Shown here one piece after another: positions 1-9,144 of a DNA stretch of 64,000 nucleotides. Both the position numbers and the translations under genes were made by a program. The DNA is from an uncultured bacterium. Lineage in GTDB: Bacteria; Fidelibacterota; Marinisomatia; Marinisomatales; AB-629-J13. Positions within the stretch are counted from its first letter, which is position 1; every line of letters begins with the position of its first letter. The notes beneath the pieces were generated by a model that was not told the origin of the DNA, ran no database searches, and saw only the letters and a program-made list of their open reading frames with translations. The stretch covers positions 1,604 to 65,603 of the forward strand of contig CAZBZK010000002.1 of assembly GCA_964496365.1 (NCBI GenBank), given 5' to 3'.

Positions 1-1457
1 GCTTTCTTCAAGGCTTTTTTTGATTGACGAAATGCCTTCCCGTCATCGCTTATTTTACGATAATTATTCACCATTCCGGGAACGATAAATCCGCATACTG
101 CTAATGTATAACATAAAACTGCTGTTATGGGAATTCGGTTATTTTGATTCCAATTTGGGATTTCAGTCTTGTGGTATCGGATGTCCTTTCCTATAAGAGC
201 GATTTCTGATTTGGTTAATCCTTTAGGTGACGTTACCGGAATTTTGCCGGGTGACACCGATATTTGAATTGCATTCGCTATAGTTCTTTTCCATTGTTCT
301 GATTTTGGTTCGAAAAAAGGTAACTCAACCTTAGGTAAATTAAATCGTCCGGTTTGTCTTGGTATAACCACATATTCCCATCGCATATTTCCAGTAATTT
401 TATCTCTAAATGAATCTTTTTTTAGTTCACTTACAGGAGGGAATACTTCTAAAGAATTGGGAAATATGATATCGGGTAAACTGAAAAGTGAAAGGTTACC
501 TGTCCCTTTCACCTCTATAAAAAATGTAACGGCTTCATTGGTCTTAACATTTTGATTATCTACTGAAGTTTTCACCGTGTATTGTCCTACAGCACCGGTA
601 AAATCTGGAGGTTTTCCCTCAGGAAATGACTTAACATTTATTGATTTTGATTCAGATTTTAGAATTTTTTTTACCGTTTGTCGAGATGAGAAGGAACCAA
701 AAACATCAAAAAATGGGTCTCTTCTCTTTGATTTCTTATTTTCTACAACTATTTGAGTGTTTAAGACATAGGGATCAATTGGAATGGTTCCTGTCTTCGT
801 AGGAAATAAAGCAACGGTGTACAGTTTCGCTTTTTTATACCGTACCCCTTTCACATTAACTTCTCTCAAATTTATTTGGCGTGGAGAGTATAGATTTTCT
901 ATCCAAAACCCAACAAACTCAGGTATTTCAACGCTCTCAATGGACAGATCTGATTGGGTGAATAATTGATAAGTAACCGTTATTTGTTCACCCGGAAAGG
1001 CTGTGTGTTTATCCACATCCATTTGAATAAAATATTTTTTTGAATTCCCTCCCCGTTTATTTACGAGGGTATTATTCAATACTTTTATTGGAATTTGTTT
1101 CGTTCTAAATCTTGCTTTACCAACTGTTACAGTTAATGATGGAAGGAGTATGGTTCCTGTTTTTTTTGGAGACAATGTCCAAGATAAACCACGAGTAGAT
1201 GTCATCTTACCGTTTACCCATGATATGTTAGTTTGCTGGCTGGGACCGTTTACCACCAAAAAATTTTTTCTCAAGGGTGAGATATCCGCTTGTGGCGAAT
1301 CATCCCCGTCAACAGATTCAATTTTTAATTCAAGTACATCATCTAAAGATAAGGATGTGCGGTCAACGGTAGCACTAACGGTAACACCAAATGCAACCTG
1401 AAGAAAAAGGGGCAGAACCATGATCATAAAATGATATTGGATTTTGTAACAATACAT
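1..1457 (-). CDS. batD: BatD-like oxygen-tolerance protein, partial (C-terminus lies left of the window)
   Basis: Absent from the ORF track because no stop codon is reached. The minus-strand frame is open from ATG 1457 (alternative ATG 1427, giving signal-like MIMVLPLFLQVAFGVTVSA) to position 1. Hand translation gives LTVTVGKARFRTKQIPIKV, GEQITVTYQLFTQ, GAVGQYTVKTSVDNQNVKTNEAVTFFIEVKGTGNL and a late TM-like segment IPITAVLCYTLAVCGFIVPG. It follows batA-batB-batC directly. Confidence 0.65.
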   Translation of the reverse strand, partial: MYCYKIQYHFMIMVLPLFLQVAFGVTVSATVDRTSLSLDDVLELKIESVDGDDSPQADISPLRKNFLVVNGPSQQTNISWVNGKMTSTRGLSWTLSPKKTGTILLPSLTVTVGKARFRTKQIPIKVLNNTLVNKRGGNSKKYFIQMDVDKHTAFPGEQITVTYQLFTQSDLSIESVEIPEFVGFWIENLYSPRQINLREVNVKGVRYKKAKLYTVALFPTKTGTIPIDPYVLNTQIVVENKKSKRRDPFFDVFGSFSSRQTVKKILKSESKSINVKSFPEGKPPDFTGAVGQYTVKTSVDNQNVKTNEAVTFFIEVKGTGNLSLFSLPDIIFPNSLEVFPPVSELKKDSFRDKITGNMRWEYVVIPRQTGRFNLPKVELPFFEPKSEQWKRTIANAIQISVSPGKIPVTSPKGLTKSEIALIGKDIRYHKTEIPNWNQNNRIPITAVLCYTLAVCGFIVPGMVNNYRKISDDGKAFRQSKKALKK

Positions 1458-1465
1458 TTTGGATG

Positions 1466-2323
1466 TTACCAATCTTTCTCCATTTTTCTGGATTTTGCTT
1501 TTCTTACCATTTGACGTCTTTTATTTACTTTTTCTTTATCTTTTAGTGCATTCAGAATAGCTTGAGCGTTCATTTTGTTTTTTGATGTATCTGCAGGAAC
1601 TTCATTTTGGTCTTTTGGTTCTTGTGGTGCCTGTTTTTGTTCACCAGATTCCTGATCTTCTTTCTTTAATTTTGAAGTGTTTTCTTCTTCTTTTTGTTCC
1701 TTATTCTCTTCTTGGTTATCGGATTTTTTTGATTTTGATTCTTCATTTTGAGATTGGTTTTGTTGTCCTTTTTGACTTTCTTTTTTAGATTGCTCTTCTT
1801 GATTTTCTTGATTTTCTTTTTTGGATTGGTCTTGGGATGATTTATTTTGTTTTTCCTCATTTTTATTGTCATCCGAATTTTCGTTTTTATCTTGACTTTC
1901 CTTGTTATTTTGTTGGGTCATTTGCTGAACCAATTCATAATTCCATTTAGCATCCAAATCATGGGGATTTAATTCTAAAGATTTTCTAAAATGGCTCATA
2001 CTTTCTTCCATTTTTTTCTGTTGAAAATACAAACTACCCAAGTTATAGTGAGCCTTTGATTTAAGTAAGTTATTTTCAGAAATAGATGCTTTTTTAAATG
2101 CAGATTCTGCAGAAATTATATCCTTCGATTGCAATAGAGATGCACCTAAACCAAAATGTACTTCATCATTTGATTCTTTGGTTTTCAACATTGATTCATA
2201 ATATTGAACAGCTTTTTCGTAATCCCCATTTTTAAAATATGTTAATCCCTTGTCCTCAGCAGAAAAACCAATTCCGGTCATAACACTTATAAAGAAAATG
2301 ATAGATAAAAAAGTGAATCTCAA
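1466..2323 (-). CDS. batC: BatC-like TPR protein with a long Q/E/K/N-rich low-complexity C-terminal tail
   Basis: Signal/TM N-terminus followed by TPR-like repeats (YFKNGDYEKAVQYYESML, AHYNLGSLYFQQKKMEESMSHFRKSLELNP). It has a 4-nt overlap with batB. The last ~150 aa are low complexity. Confidence 0.55.
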   Translation of the reverse strand: MRFTFLSIIFFISVMTGIGFSAEDKGLTYFKNGDYEKAVQYYESMLKTKESNDEVHFGLGASLLQSKDIISAESAFKKASISENNLLKSKAHYNLGSLYFQQKKMEESMSHFRKSLELNPHDLDAKWNYELVQQMTQQNNKESQDKNENSDDNKNEEKQNKSSQDQSKKENQENQEEQSKKESQKGQQNQSQNEESKSKKSDNQEENKEQKEEENTSKLKKEDQESGEQKQAPQEPKDQNEVPADTSKNKMNAQAILNALKDKEKVNKRRQMVRKAKSRKMEKDW

Positions 2324-3336
2324 GTTTTTGTCTCGAATTTTTTTGTTTTTTTTGTGGGAATTATGATAGCCGTAACCAAAAGTAATAGAGATAAAACACC
2401 GAAAACTTGAAATTGATCCTCATATTCTGAAAATTCATGGGTACTGATGGTTTTTTTTTCCATTTGATTAATGGCAGTTGTGATTGCTTTATGATGGGCA
2501 GCACGATTATCAAATCTTACATACTCACCTCTGCCAGCGGTAGCAATATCCTTGAGAATGTTTTCATTTAGTGCAGAAGTAATTAATTTTCCCTGTCGGT
2601 CTTTTTTATAGGATGTGTTCCCGGAATTCTTATCGGTTACCGGAATAAGTGAACCGGATATGGAACCCACTCCAACCGTATGAATTATAATCCCAGTTTG
2701 AGAGGCTTTTTCAGCGATTCCGATTGCCTCCCCTTCATGATCTTCCCCATCCGTAATTAAAATTAGCACTTTAAATTTTTCACTTTCAACCGAGAATGCA
2801 GAAAGTCCTGTATTTAAGGCTGAACTAATATCTGTTCCTTGAGTCGGAATCATGTTTGTATCAATTTCTTCCAAAAATAAAATTGCGGCTTCATAATCAG
2901 ATGTCAAAGGAAGATACAAATGGCTGGCACCAGCAAATACAATGATTCCAACCCGATCTCCTTTGAGTTGTTTAATTATTTGAGTCATTTCAAATTTTGC
3001 TTTTTCCAGTCTATTTGGCTTTACATCTTCTGCATTCATACTAACCGAAACATCCAATGCGAAAACTAAATCAATTCCCTTCCGTTCAATCGGTTTTACC
3101 TTTGATCCAATTTGAATACCGGAAGCAGACATGATTAAGAATAAAAGCCCTAAAAAGCGAATTCTGTATTTCCATGTGGTTTTTTTAATATCAATATGTT
3201 CCATTAATTGTTTTTTTAAATGGCTTGATTTTAAATTTAATTTGGTAGAAATAGACGATCTCTTAATACTGAGAATGGGTAATATTCCAAGAATGATGAT
3301 AACAAATAATACAATAGGAAACCGAATGTCCATCAA
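2320..3336 (-). CDS. batB: VWA-domain membrane protein, BatB-like
   Basis: N-terminal TM segments, then a von Willebrand A MIDAS motif (DLVFALDVSVSM), ILITDGEDHEG, and a C-terminal TM. It has a 4-nt overlap with batA. Confidence 0.7.
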   Translation of the reverse strand: MMDIRFPIVLFVIIILGILPILSIKRSSISTKLNLKSSHLKKQLMEHIDIKKTTWKYRIRFLGLLFLIMSASGIQIGSKVKPIERKGIDLVFALDVSVSMNAEDVKPNRLEKAKFEMTQIIKQLKGDRVGIIVFAGASHLYLPLTSDYEAAILFLEEIDTNMIPTQGTDISSALNTGLSAFSVESEKFKVLILITDGEDHEGEAIGIAEKASQTGIIIHTVGVGSISGSLIPVTDKNSGNTSYKKDRQGKLITSALNENILKDIATAGRGEYVRFDNRAAHHKAITTAINQMEKKTISTHEFSEYEDQFQVFGVLSLLLLVTAIIIPTKKTKKFETKT

Positions 3337-4310
3337 AATGGTCTCCTGAATTTAATCCTCTCAAGGAATTCGTGAATGAGCCCTAAACATAGAGCTGGAA
3401 TAAGAAAAAAACCATATAATTCATTATATCTTGTGTATTCTTTTACCTCGATCTCAGTTCGTTCCATGCGATCAATTTCCGAATATATCTCTTCCAACGA
3501 TTCTTCATTCGTGGCTCTGAAATATTGACCATTGGTTCGTTCCGCAATTTTTTTCAACGTTTCCTCATCAATTTCGTTTTTTACATATCCCCTTTTCGGA
3601 ATGAAGGTAGTTGCCTGAGTAGTCCCTGCTCCGATAGTGTATATTTTAATATTAAATTCCGTTGCAATATCTGCTGCAGTTAAGGGATCTAATTCTCCAG
3701 CATTATTACTGCCATCCGATAATAAAACCATCACTTTACTTTTCGCTTTACTCCCTCTTAACCGATTGACTGCATTCACGATTGCCATGCCGATTGCAGT
3801 CCCATCGTATTTTCTTTCGGCAACCGTCACTTCTTTTAATAAACTTCCTAAAACTTCCTTGTCCATTGTTAATGGACATTGGATGAATGATTCTCCTGCA
3901 AAAACCAGTAAACCCATTCTATCCCCTGCTCGACTCTTTATAAAATCGCCAGCTGTTTCTTTGACAGCTTCAAGTCTATTTGGGTGAAAATCCTCCGCCA
4001 ACATACTACTTGAAATATCAAGAACCATGACAATATCTACCACATCAACTTTGGATTTCTCCAATTTATCCACTTGTTGAGGTCTCGCAAGCCCTATAAT
4101 GATCAAACCTAATACCGTGGATGACATAACCCTTAAAAGGAAATGCCTGAGTCTTCCTCCAGTTTTAAACGATTTGATTAATAATTTTTCTGATGAAATT
4201 CGGAATACACTCTCTTTGTGAATACCAAATTTTCGATACCAATACTCCAAAATAGGAATGATAATCAAAGCACATAAAAACCATGGATTTTCAAATGTCA
4301 TTTTTAACAC
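3333..4310 (-). CDS. batA: VWA-domain membrane protein, BatA-like
   Basis: N-terminus FENPWFL, MIDAS motif VMVLDISSSM, VMVLLSDGSNNAG, and a C-terminal TM. It is the first gene of the cluster. Confidence 0.7.
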   Translation of the reverse strand: MLKMTFENPWFLCALIIIPILEYWYRKFGIHKESVFRISSEKLLIKSFKTGGRLRHFLLRVMSSTVLGLIIIGLARPQQVDKLEKSKVDVVDIVMVLDISSSMLAEDFHPNRLEAVKETAGDFIKSRAGDRMGLLVFAGESFIQCPLTMDKEVLGSLLKEVTVAERKYDGTAIGMAIVNAVNRLRGSKAKSKVMVLLSDGSNNAGELDPLTAADIATEFNIKIYTIGAGTTQATTFIPKRGYVKNEIDEETLKKIAERTNGQYFRATNEESLEEIYSEIDRMERTEIEVKEYTRYNELYGFFLIPALCLGLIHEFLERIKFRRPF

Positions 4311-4512
4311 ATACCCATATTATATAAGAAAGACTACTTTTCAATGAAATTAGACTAAATAATGACACTAAAGATTGAAATGGAGTGCATTAGTTACAAA
4401 AATTATTAGGTTGGATAAAACTAATCTATGGGATTTTATGAATCAGTTTCAATAAAATGACATCCAATTGAGCCCAGTCAATATGTCATTCCTCAATTTC
4501 ACAATTCAAAGT

Positions 4513-4722
4513 TCAATTCCCATGTTTTTCTTTCGAAGGGGCTTTAGTTCCATCCGGTTCGCCAGCATCTTCAATTTCTTGTTTTGCATCATTCATTGCA
4601 CCTTTAAATTCCTTGATTCCTTGCCCCAGACCCTTGGCCAATTCAGGAAGGCGTTTTGCACCAAATAGAAGTAATACTACCAGTAATATAAGAATGATTT
4701 CCCATGGTCCTAAATTAAACAT
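4513..4722 (-). CDS. tatA: Twin-arginine translocase subunit TatA/E
   Basis: 69 aa. Contains [34 protein letters not shown], i.e. the TM, hinge and amphipathic helix signature. Confidence 0.85.
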   Translation of the reverse strand: MFNLGPWEIILILLVVLLLFGAKRLPELAKGLGQGIKEFKGAMNDAKQEIEDAGEPDGTKAPSKEKHGN

Positions 4723-4787
4723 TGCTGTTTCTGTATGTATAAGTCATACGTGCTCCTTTTATTGTAGATATGATGAGTTCCACTTTA

Positions 4788-5102
4788 TTATCGAAAATAT
4801 CGTAAGAAATAATAGGAAGTGGCTAATCCTACCAAACCGATAAAATTTAAAGAAATAGTTAACCCAAATTTCAAGGTTATCACTATGAGATTTAATACAA
4901 TCACACCTGAATCCATCCCAGCTAATCCTGCAAAATCCAAATTGATTCCCGTGAGAAAAAACTGTTTAACCACACCTTCAGGCATCATCCATCCAATCAT
5001 TTCACCTAATAATGATCCAATCACGGTTCCACTAAAAAGTACAATGAAAATAAATCCTAAGGATTTTTTATTCAACAGAATCCACCTGATTGTGAAGCCC
5101 AT
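4788..5102 (-). CDS. Small membrane protein, DUF4321-like
   Basis: GSLLGEMIGWMMPEGVVKQFFL followed by two hydrophobic segments. Family assignment is from memory of DUF4321 sequences. The start is uncertain because the ORF overlaps the pssA stop by 35 nt. Confidence 0.45.
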   Translation of the reverse strand: MGFTIRWILLNKKSLGFIFIVLFSGTVIGSLLGEMIGWMMPEGVVKQFFLTGINLDFAGLAGMDSGVIVLNLIVITLKFGLTISLNFIGLVGLATSYYFLRYFR

Positions 5103-5850
5103 TCAGTTCGGAATTTCCCAATTTATTATGAATGACAAAATTAATAATATTGTAAATAATGTATCCCATTAAAATAGGAAATAACACCAATCCTTTCCAG
5201 ATGAAAAGAGTCACTATAAATGAAAATAATCCTAACAGTCGAATGGTATTATTTTTACCTCTTTTCAATGATAAAATTGGAAGTTTATTAAATCGTAACG
5301 GGCTAACCATCAGAAAACCTAAGATTACCATAAGAACCAAAATAAGCCGTGGATCTCCCATAGAACCATTTATTTGGTAATGAAAAAGCATAAATCCGTA
5401 TAATGTTAAGGCATTTACCGGAGTTGGAAGACCAATAAAATATGGTTTATCTTCTTCGGAATAATCCAGATTAAATCGAGCTAATCTTATGGTTCCGAAC
5501 ATAAGTGGAATGAAACTAATCATTCCCCCAATGATGGGTTCCATTCCATGTACATACACAGTGTAAATAAACAATGCAGGTGAGGCACAGAATGATATGG
5601 TGTCTGCAAAGGAGTCAAATTCAGTGCCAAATCTCGAGGGAATATTTAAAAGTCGAGCTATCTTACCATCAACGGCATCAAATGCACCGGCAATCAAAAT
5701 AATCCATCCAGCTGTGACCGGTTTCCCATCAATGAGTAATCCGATGGAGAGAAAACCAAAAAACATATTAATCACGGTCAATAAATTTGGAATGACTCTC
5801 TTGTTAAATTTTTTCCTTTTCCGTTTAAAGTGCTTACGTTTTCTTCTCAT
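5068..5850 (-). CDS. pssA: CDP-diacylglycerol--serine O-phosphatidyltransferase
   Basis: Contains the CDP-alcohol phosphatidyltransferase motif DGKIARLLNIPSRFGTEFDSFAD (DGx2ARx8Gx3Dx3D). The protein is polytopic and sits adjacent to psd. Confidence 0.85.
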   Translation of the reverse strand: MRRKRKHFKRKRKKFNKRVIPNLLTVINMFFGFLSIGLLIDGKPVTAGWIILIAGAFDAVDGKIARLLNIPSRFGTEFDSFADTISFCASPALFIYTVYVHGMEPIIGGMISFIPLMFGTIRLARFNLDYSEEDKPYFIGLPTPVNALTLYGFMLFHYQINGSMGDPRLILVLMVILGFLMVSPLRFNKLPILSLKRGKNNTIRLLGLFSFIVTLFIWKGLVLFPILMGYIIYNIINFVIHNKLGNSELNGLHNQVDSVE

Positions 5851-6484
5851 TTATTTTTCCTATAATTGTCTCCCCGCCTTTCACTTTTTGACCAAGTTTT
5901 CCAGAGATATGTATATCCTTGGATAGCATCAAATCGACTCTTGATCCAAACATGATAAATCCAAATTTATCTCCTCTTTCTACTTGATTTCCTGGTTCCG
6001 CATAACATTTAATCCGCCGGGCCAAAAGTCCAGCAATTTGTTTGATTTTGATCAATCCTGTTCTGGATTGTATATGTACGATTGATTGCTCATTTTCATC
6101 CGAAGCAGAATGATTGAATGCCGCCAAAAACTTCCCCTTTTTATACTCTACTTTTTCAATGGTTCCGCTAAACGGAATTCGATTCACATGAACATTGAAC
6201 ACATTTAAAAAAATTGAAATTAAGGTTGTTTCTCCAATGTCTGGGTCATTTATTGAGTTTATTTGAACAATTTTCCCATCAGCTGGAGATACGAAAATTC
6301 CAGATTCATCAGGGGTCTCTCGTTTTGGATCTCTAAAAAAATTCAAGCAAAATAAAAACAATAAGCCCGGAATGATAGCTGAGTTTAAAATGAGCGTAGA
6401 ATCAATTATATGCCCCCATATTCTTAGTAAAACAGTTGCAATTAATAATCCCGTGATGAATGGGACTCCTTCCCTAGTGATCAT
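5834..6484 (-). CDS. psd: Phosphatidylserine decarboxylase proenzyme (short type)
   Basis: 216 aa with N-terminal TMs. The self-cleavage region FGSRVD lies near the C-terminus. Coupled with pssA. Confidence 0.8.
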   Translation of the reverse strand: MITREGVPFITGLLIATVLLRIWGHIIDSTLILNSAIIPGLLFLFCLNFFRDPKRETPDESGIFVSPADGKIVQINSINDPDIGETTLISIFLNVFNVHVNRIPFSGTIEKVEYKKGKFLAAFNHSASDENEQSIVHIQSRTGLIKIKQIAGLLARRIKCYAEPGNQVERGDKFGFIMFGSRVDLMLSKDIHISGKLGQKVKGGETIIGKINEKKT

Positions 6485-6567
6485 TTGATATCTTCCTTTG
6501 ATATAATTTCACAATCATAACAATTTACAATTAATCTTAATTTTTTCATTTAACCATAATCAACCGT

Positions 6568-7680
6568 TTAATAATACAAATTGGAATTAGTAATCTTTTG
6601 CAATTTCATACTCACTATTATTGTTTCACCTGTTCTAAAAATTTTAATGTCAATGTTTTCACCGGGACGAATATCCTGATTTAAAATAACATTTTTTATA
6701 TCTTGTGCACTGGTAATACTGATTCCATTTACTGAAAGAATAATGTCTGCAACTTCGATTCCAGCCTTATCACTGGAGCTTCCCTTTTCCACTTCCACTA
6801 CAATGACTCCTTTCACAAATGGTAAATCTAAATATCTTGCAACACGTTTATTCAGAGATTGAACTTGAAGTCCGGTTGAGTAATTTCGGTCAATTTTACC
6901 CTTATTTTTTAATTCCTCAGCGATGGTTTTAGCTCGATTAATAGGAATTGCAAAACTAATCCCAATAGATCCTTTTGAGTAATTTGATCCTGTATAAATA
7001 AACGTATTGATCCCAACAACCTCTCCCAAACTATTGACCAGAGGACCCCCACTATTTCCCGGATTGATCGCTGCATCTGTTTGAATCATGTCTTGAAATA
7101 TTTGCCCGGATTCCTGTTGACCAAAATCCATATTTATCGCACTAATAATGCCTGCGGTAGCTGTTGGTTGGTCACTTACATCAAATAGACCATAGGGATT
7201 TCCCAATGCAATAACCCACTCTCCAATAATTAGATCATTGGAATCTCCCAATGGTGCAAATGGGAAATTGGATCCTTCCATTTTTAATAATGCTAAGTCT
7301 GTAAATCGATCACTTCCTATCACTTCTGAATTGTACTCCTCACCCCCCGGTAAAGTTACAATAATTTCATGGGCGTTTTCAATGACATGGAAATTTGTGA
7401 GCACATAGCCATCTGGACTAATGACGACCCCCGTTCCTGAACTTTTTACTTTTTGTCGGTGAAGTTCATAAGGAAAGAAAAACTCAAAAAACGGATCAGA
7501 GAATGGAGATCTTCTTGAAATTTCTTTCAATTGAATGACGTTAACACTTGCAACCGCTGGTGAAATATTTTTTATAGCTCTGGTAATGGCACTATTTCGA
7601 GAATCATGTAATTCATCCGAACAGAAAATTAATCCATGAACTAATTGTAATAAGAGAAAATATTTAAAAACCATATTCAA
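6568..7680 (-). CDS. HtrA/DegP-family periplasmic serine protease with one PDZ domain
   Basis: Signal peptide; catalytic triad contexts TNFHVIENA, DLALLK and GNSGGPLVN; C-terminal PDZ domain (GIEVADIILSVNG). Confidence 0.85.
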   Translation of the reverse strand: MNMVFKYFLLLQLVHGLIFCSDELHDSRNSAITRAIKNISPAVASVNVIQLKEISRRSPFSDPFFEFFFPYELHRQKVKSSGTGVVISPDGYVLTNFHVIENAHEIIVTLPGGEEYNSEVIGSDRFTDLALLKMEGSNFPFAPLGDSNDLIIGEWVIALGNPYGLFDVSDQPTATAGIISAINMDFGQQESGQIFQDMIQTDAAINPGNSGGPLVNSLGEVVGINTFIYTGSNYSKGSIGISFAIPINRAKTIAEELKNKGKIDRNYSTGLQVQSLNKRVARYLDLPFVKGVIVVEVEKGSSSDKAGIEVADIILSVNGISITSAQDIKNVILNQDIRPGENIDIKIFRTGETIIVSMKLQKITNSNLYY

Positions 7681-8398
7681 CTTTTTTTAGAATTAATCCT
7701 TCAGGAGGTGCTTTAAAAATACTCACATTCTTTTTTGGAGATGTCAACAAATTTATAAAATCCTCTTCTAATATTTTACTTTGTGCAACCGCTATCAATG
7801 TTCCAGTTATATAACGAACCATATGGTGTAAAAATCTATTACCAGTTATGGTAAAAATTACCATTTTATTCTTTATTGTCCATCTAGAATGAAAAATTTC
7901 ACATACCGTACTTTTCACATCTTTATTCCATTTAGAAAATGACAAAAAATCATGAGTTCCCAATAGCGTTTTAGACACATTATTAAGAAGGTTTATATCC
8001 GGATTCGGTATATACCAACATTGATTTTTGAATAATGGATTTGTTCCGATAAAACATTGATAGATATAAGTTCTTTTAATTGCAGAGTAACGAGCATGAA
8101 AATCAGGCTTCACAACTTGACAATCAGAAATGTAAATATCTGGAGGACATTTTGCATTCAATGCTTTTTTTAATGTACAAGTATCCAAATCAGTATTAAG
8201 ATCAAAATGTGCAGATTGTCCCAGGGCGTGAACACCAGAATCAGTTCTCCCTGAACCTGACAGTTTGACGCTGTTCTTTCCATTAAAACTACTTAAAATT
8301 GTTTCCAGTTTCTTCTGTATAGTTTTGGAATCTTTTTGAGTTTGCCATCCACAGTAATTTGTGCCATCGTATTGTATATCGAGTTTAAATCTTGGCAT
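7664..8398 (-). CDS. truA: tRNA pseudouridine(38-40) synthase
   Basis: MPRFKLDIQYDGTNYCGWQ and the catalytic motif GSGRTDSGVHALGQ. Confidence 0.9.
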   Translation of the reverse strand: MPRFKLDIQYDGTNYCGWQTQKDSKTIQKKLETILSSFNGKNSVKLSGSGRTDSGVHALGQSAHFDLNTDLDTCTLKKALNAKCPPDIYISDCQVVKPDFHARYSAIKRTYIYQCFIGTNPLFKNQCWYIPNPDINLLNNVSKTLLGTHDFLSFSKWNKDVKSTVCEIFHSRWTIKNKMVIFTITGNRFLHHMVRYITGTLIAVAQSKILEEDFINLLTSPKKNVSIFKAPPEGLILKKVEYGF

Positions 8399-8496
8399 TT
8401 ATACTTTCATTTTACTTACACTATGCAACAATTTATCTACACTGCATCTCTTTAATTAAATAAACAATTTTTAATTGGTTGAATAAAAATTCCAAA

Positions 8497-9144
8497 TCAA
8501 AATTGGAATGAAATCTTGTATTCCAGTTTTACTTCATTTTCCCATTCTGTTGGAGCCATCGACAATTGAAAATTTACGTTGGATTTTTTTCTACTAAGAT
8601 ACAAAGCATCCATTCCGGATATAATATGATTTAAAACAATTCCACCTATAAAAAATTTTCCCATGAGAAGTAATCGATCGCTTTGGATTCGTTTGTTTTC
8701 AAAATACCGTTTATTGGAGTCTGAATTCCAATTCCAATCCCATTCGGCATCGGCATATTTTTCAATATCATCAAATTCCCTCCAACGTAAATGTTCATCT
8801 ATAAAATCTGAACGACTATTATAATTTCCAATATCAATCCAAAATTGGCGAGGTTTATTTCCCGAACTGATTCCAGCATTCTCTAGTGCAAATGCTTCGT
8901 ATGTGTTTTTTTCTAAGTTACTCTTTAAAAAACTTCCACCCATTCCAATCCACAATATGGATTCTGTTATGAAAAAAAATTTTCCTCGTTCAGGTTCATT
9001 CAAGGAAAACTCTCCCCAACCTGGAATTGTGAGTGATCTCCAAACATAATGGATATGACTTTTTTGATCATTCAATTGAGCATTCACTCCGTTGAATATC
9101 AAAATAAAGGTAAGTAAACTAATCGTTATCGTTTTGTTTTCCAT
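8497..9144 (-). CDS. Hypothetical secreted/membrane-associated protein
   Basis: The likely start is the internal Met (MENKTITISLLTFILIFNGVNAQ, a signal peptide) rather than the ORF-track start at 9186. No recognisable catalytic motif. Confidence 0.4.
   Translation of the reverse strand: MENKTITISLLTFILIFNGVNAQLNDQKSHIHYVWRSLTIPGWGEFSLNEPERGKFFFITESILWIGMGGSFLKSNLEKNTYEAFALENAGISSGNKPRQFWIDIGNYNSRSDFIDEHLRWREFDDIEKYADAEWDWNWNSDSNKRYFENKRIQSDRLLLMGKFFIGGIVLNHIISGMDALYLSRKKSNVNFQLSMAPTEWENEVKLEYKISFQF

Noticed and set aside
784-1401. Plus-strand ORFs 784..969 and 1150..1401 from the track
   Set aside because: Both lie antisense to a continuous minus-strand frame (BatD-like) that has clear domain content. 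They have no motifs and odd composition, so they are shadow ORFs.
1582-1872. ORFs 1582..1788 (+) and 1666..1872 (-) inside the batC tail
   Set aside because: They are alternative-frame readings of an A/G-rich low-complexity coding stretch. The K-rich and F/L-rich products are typical artefacts.
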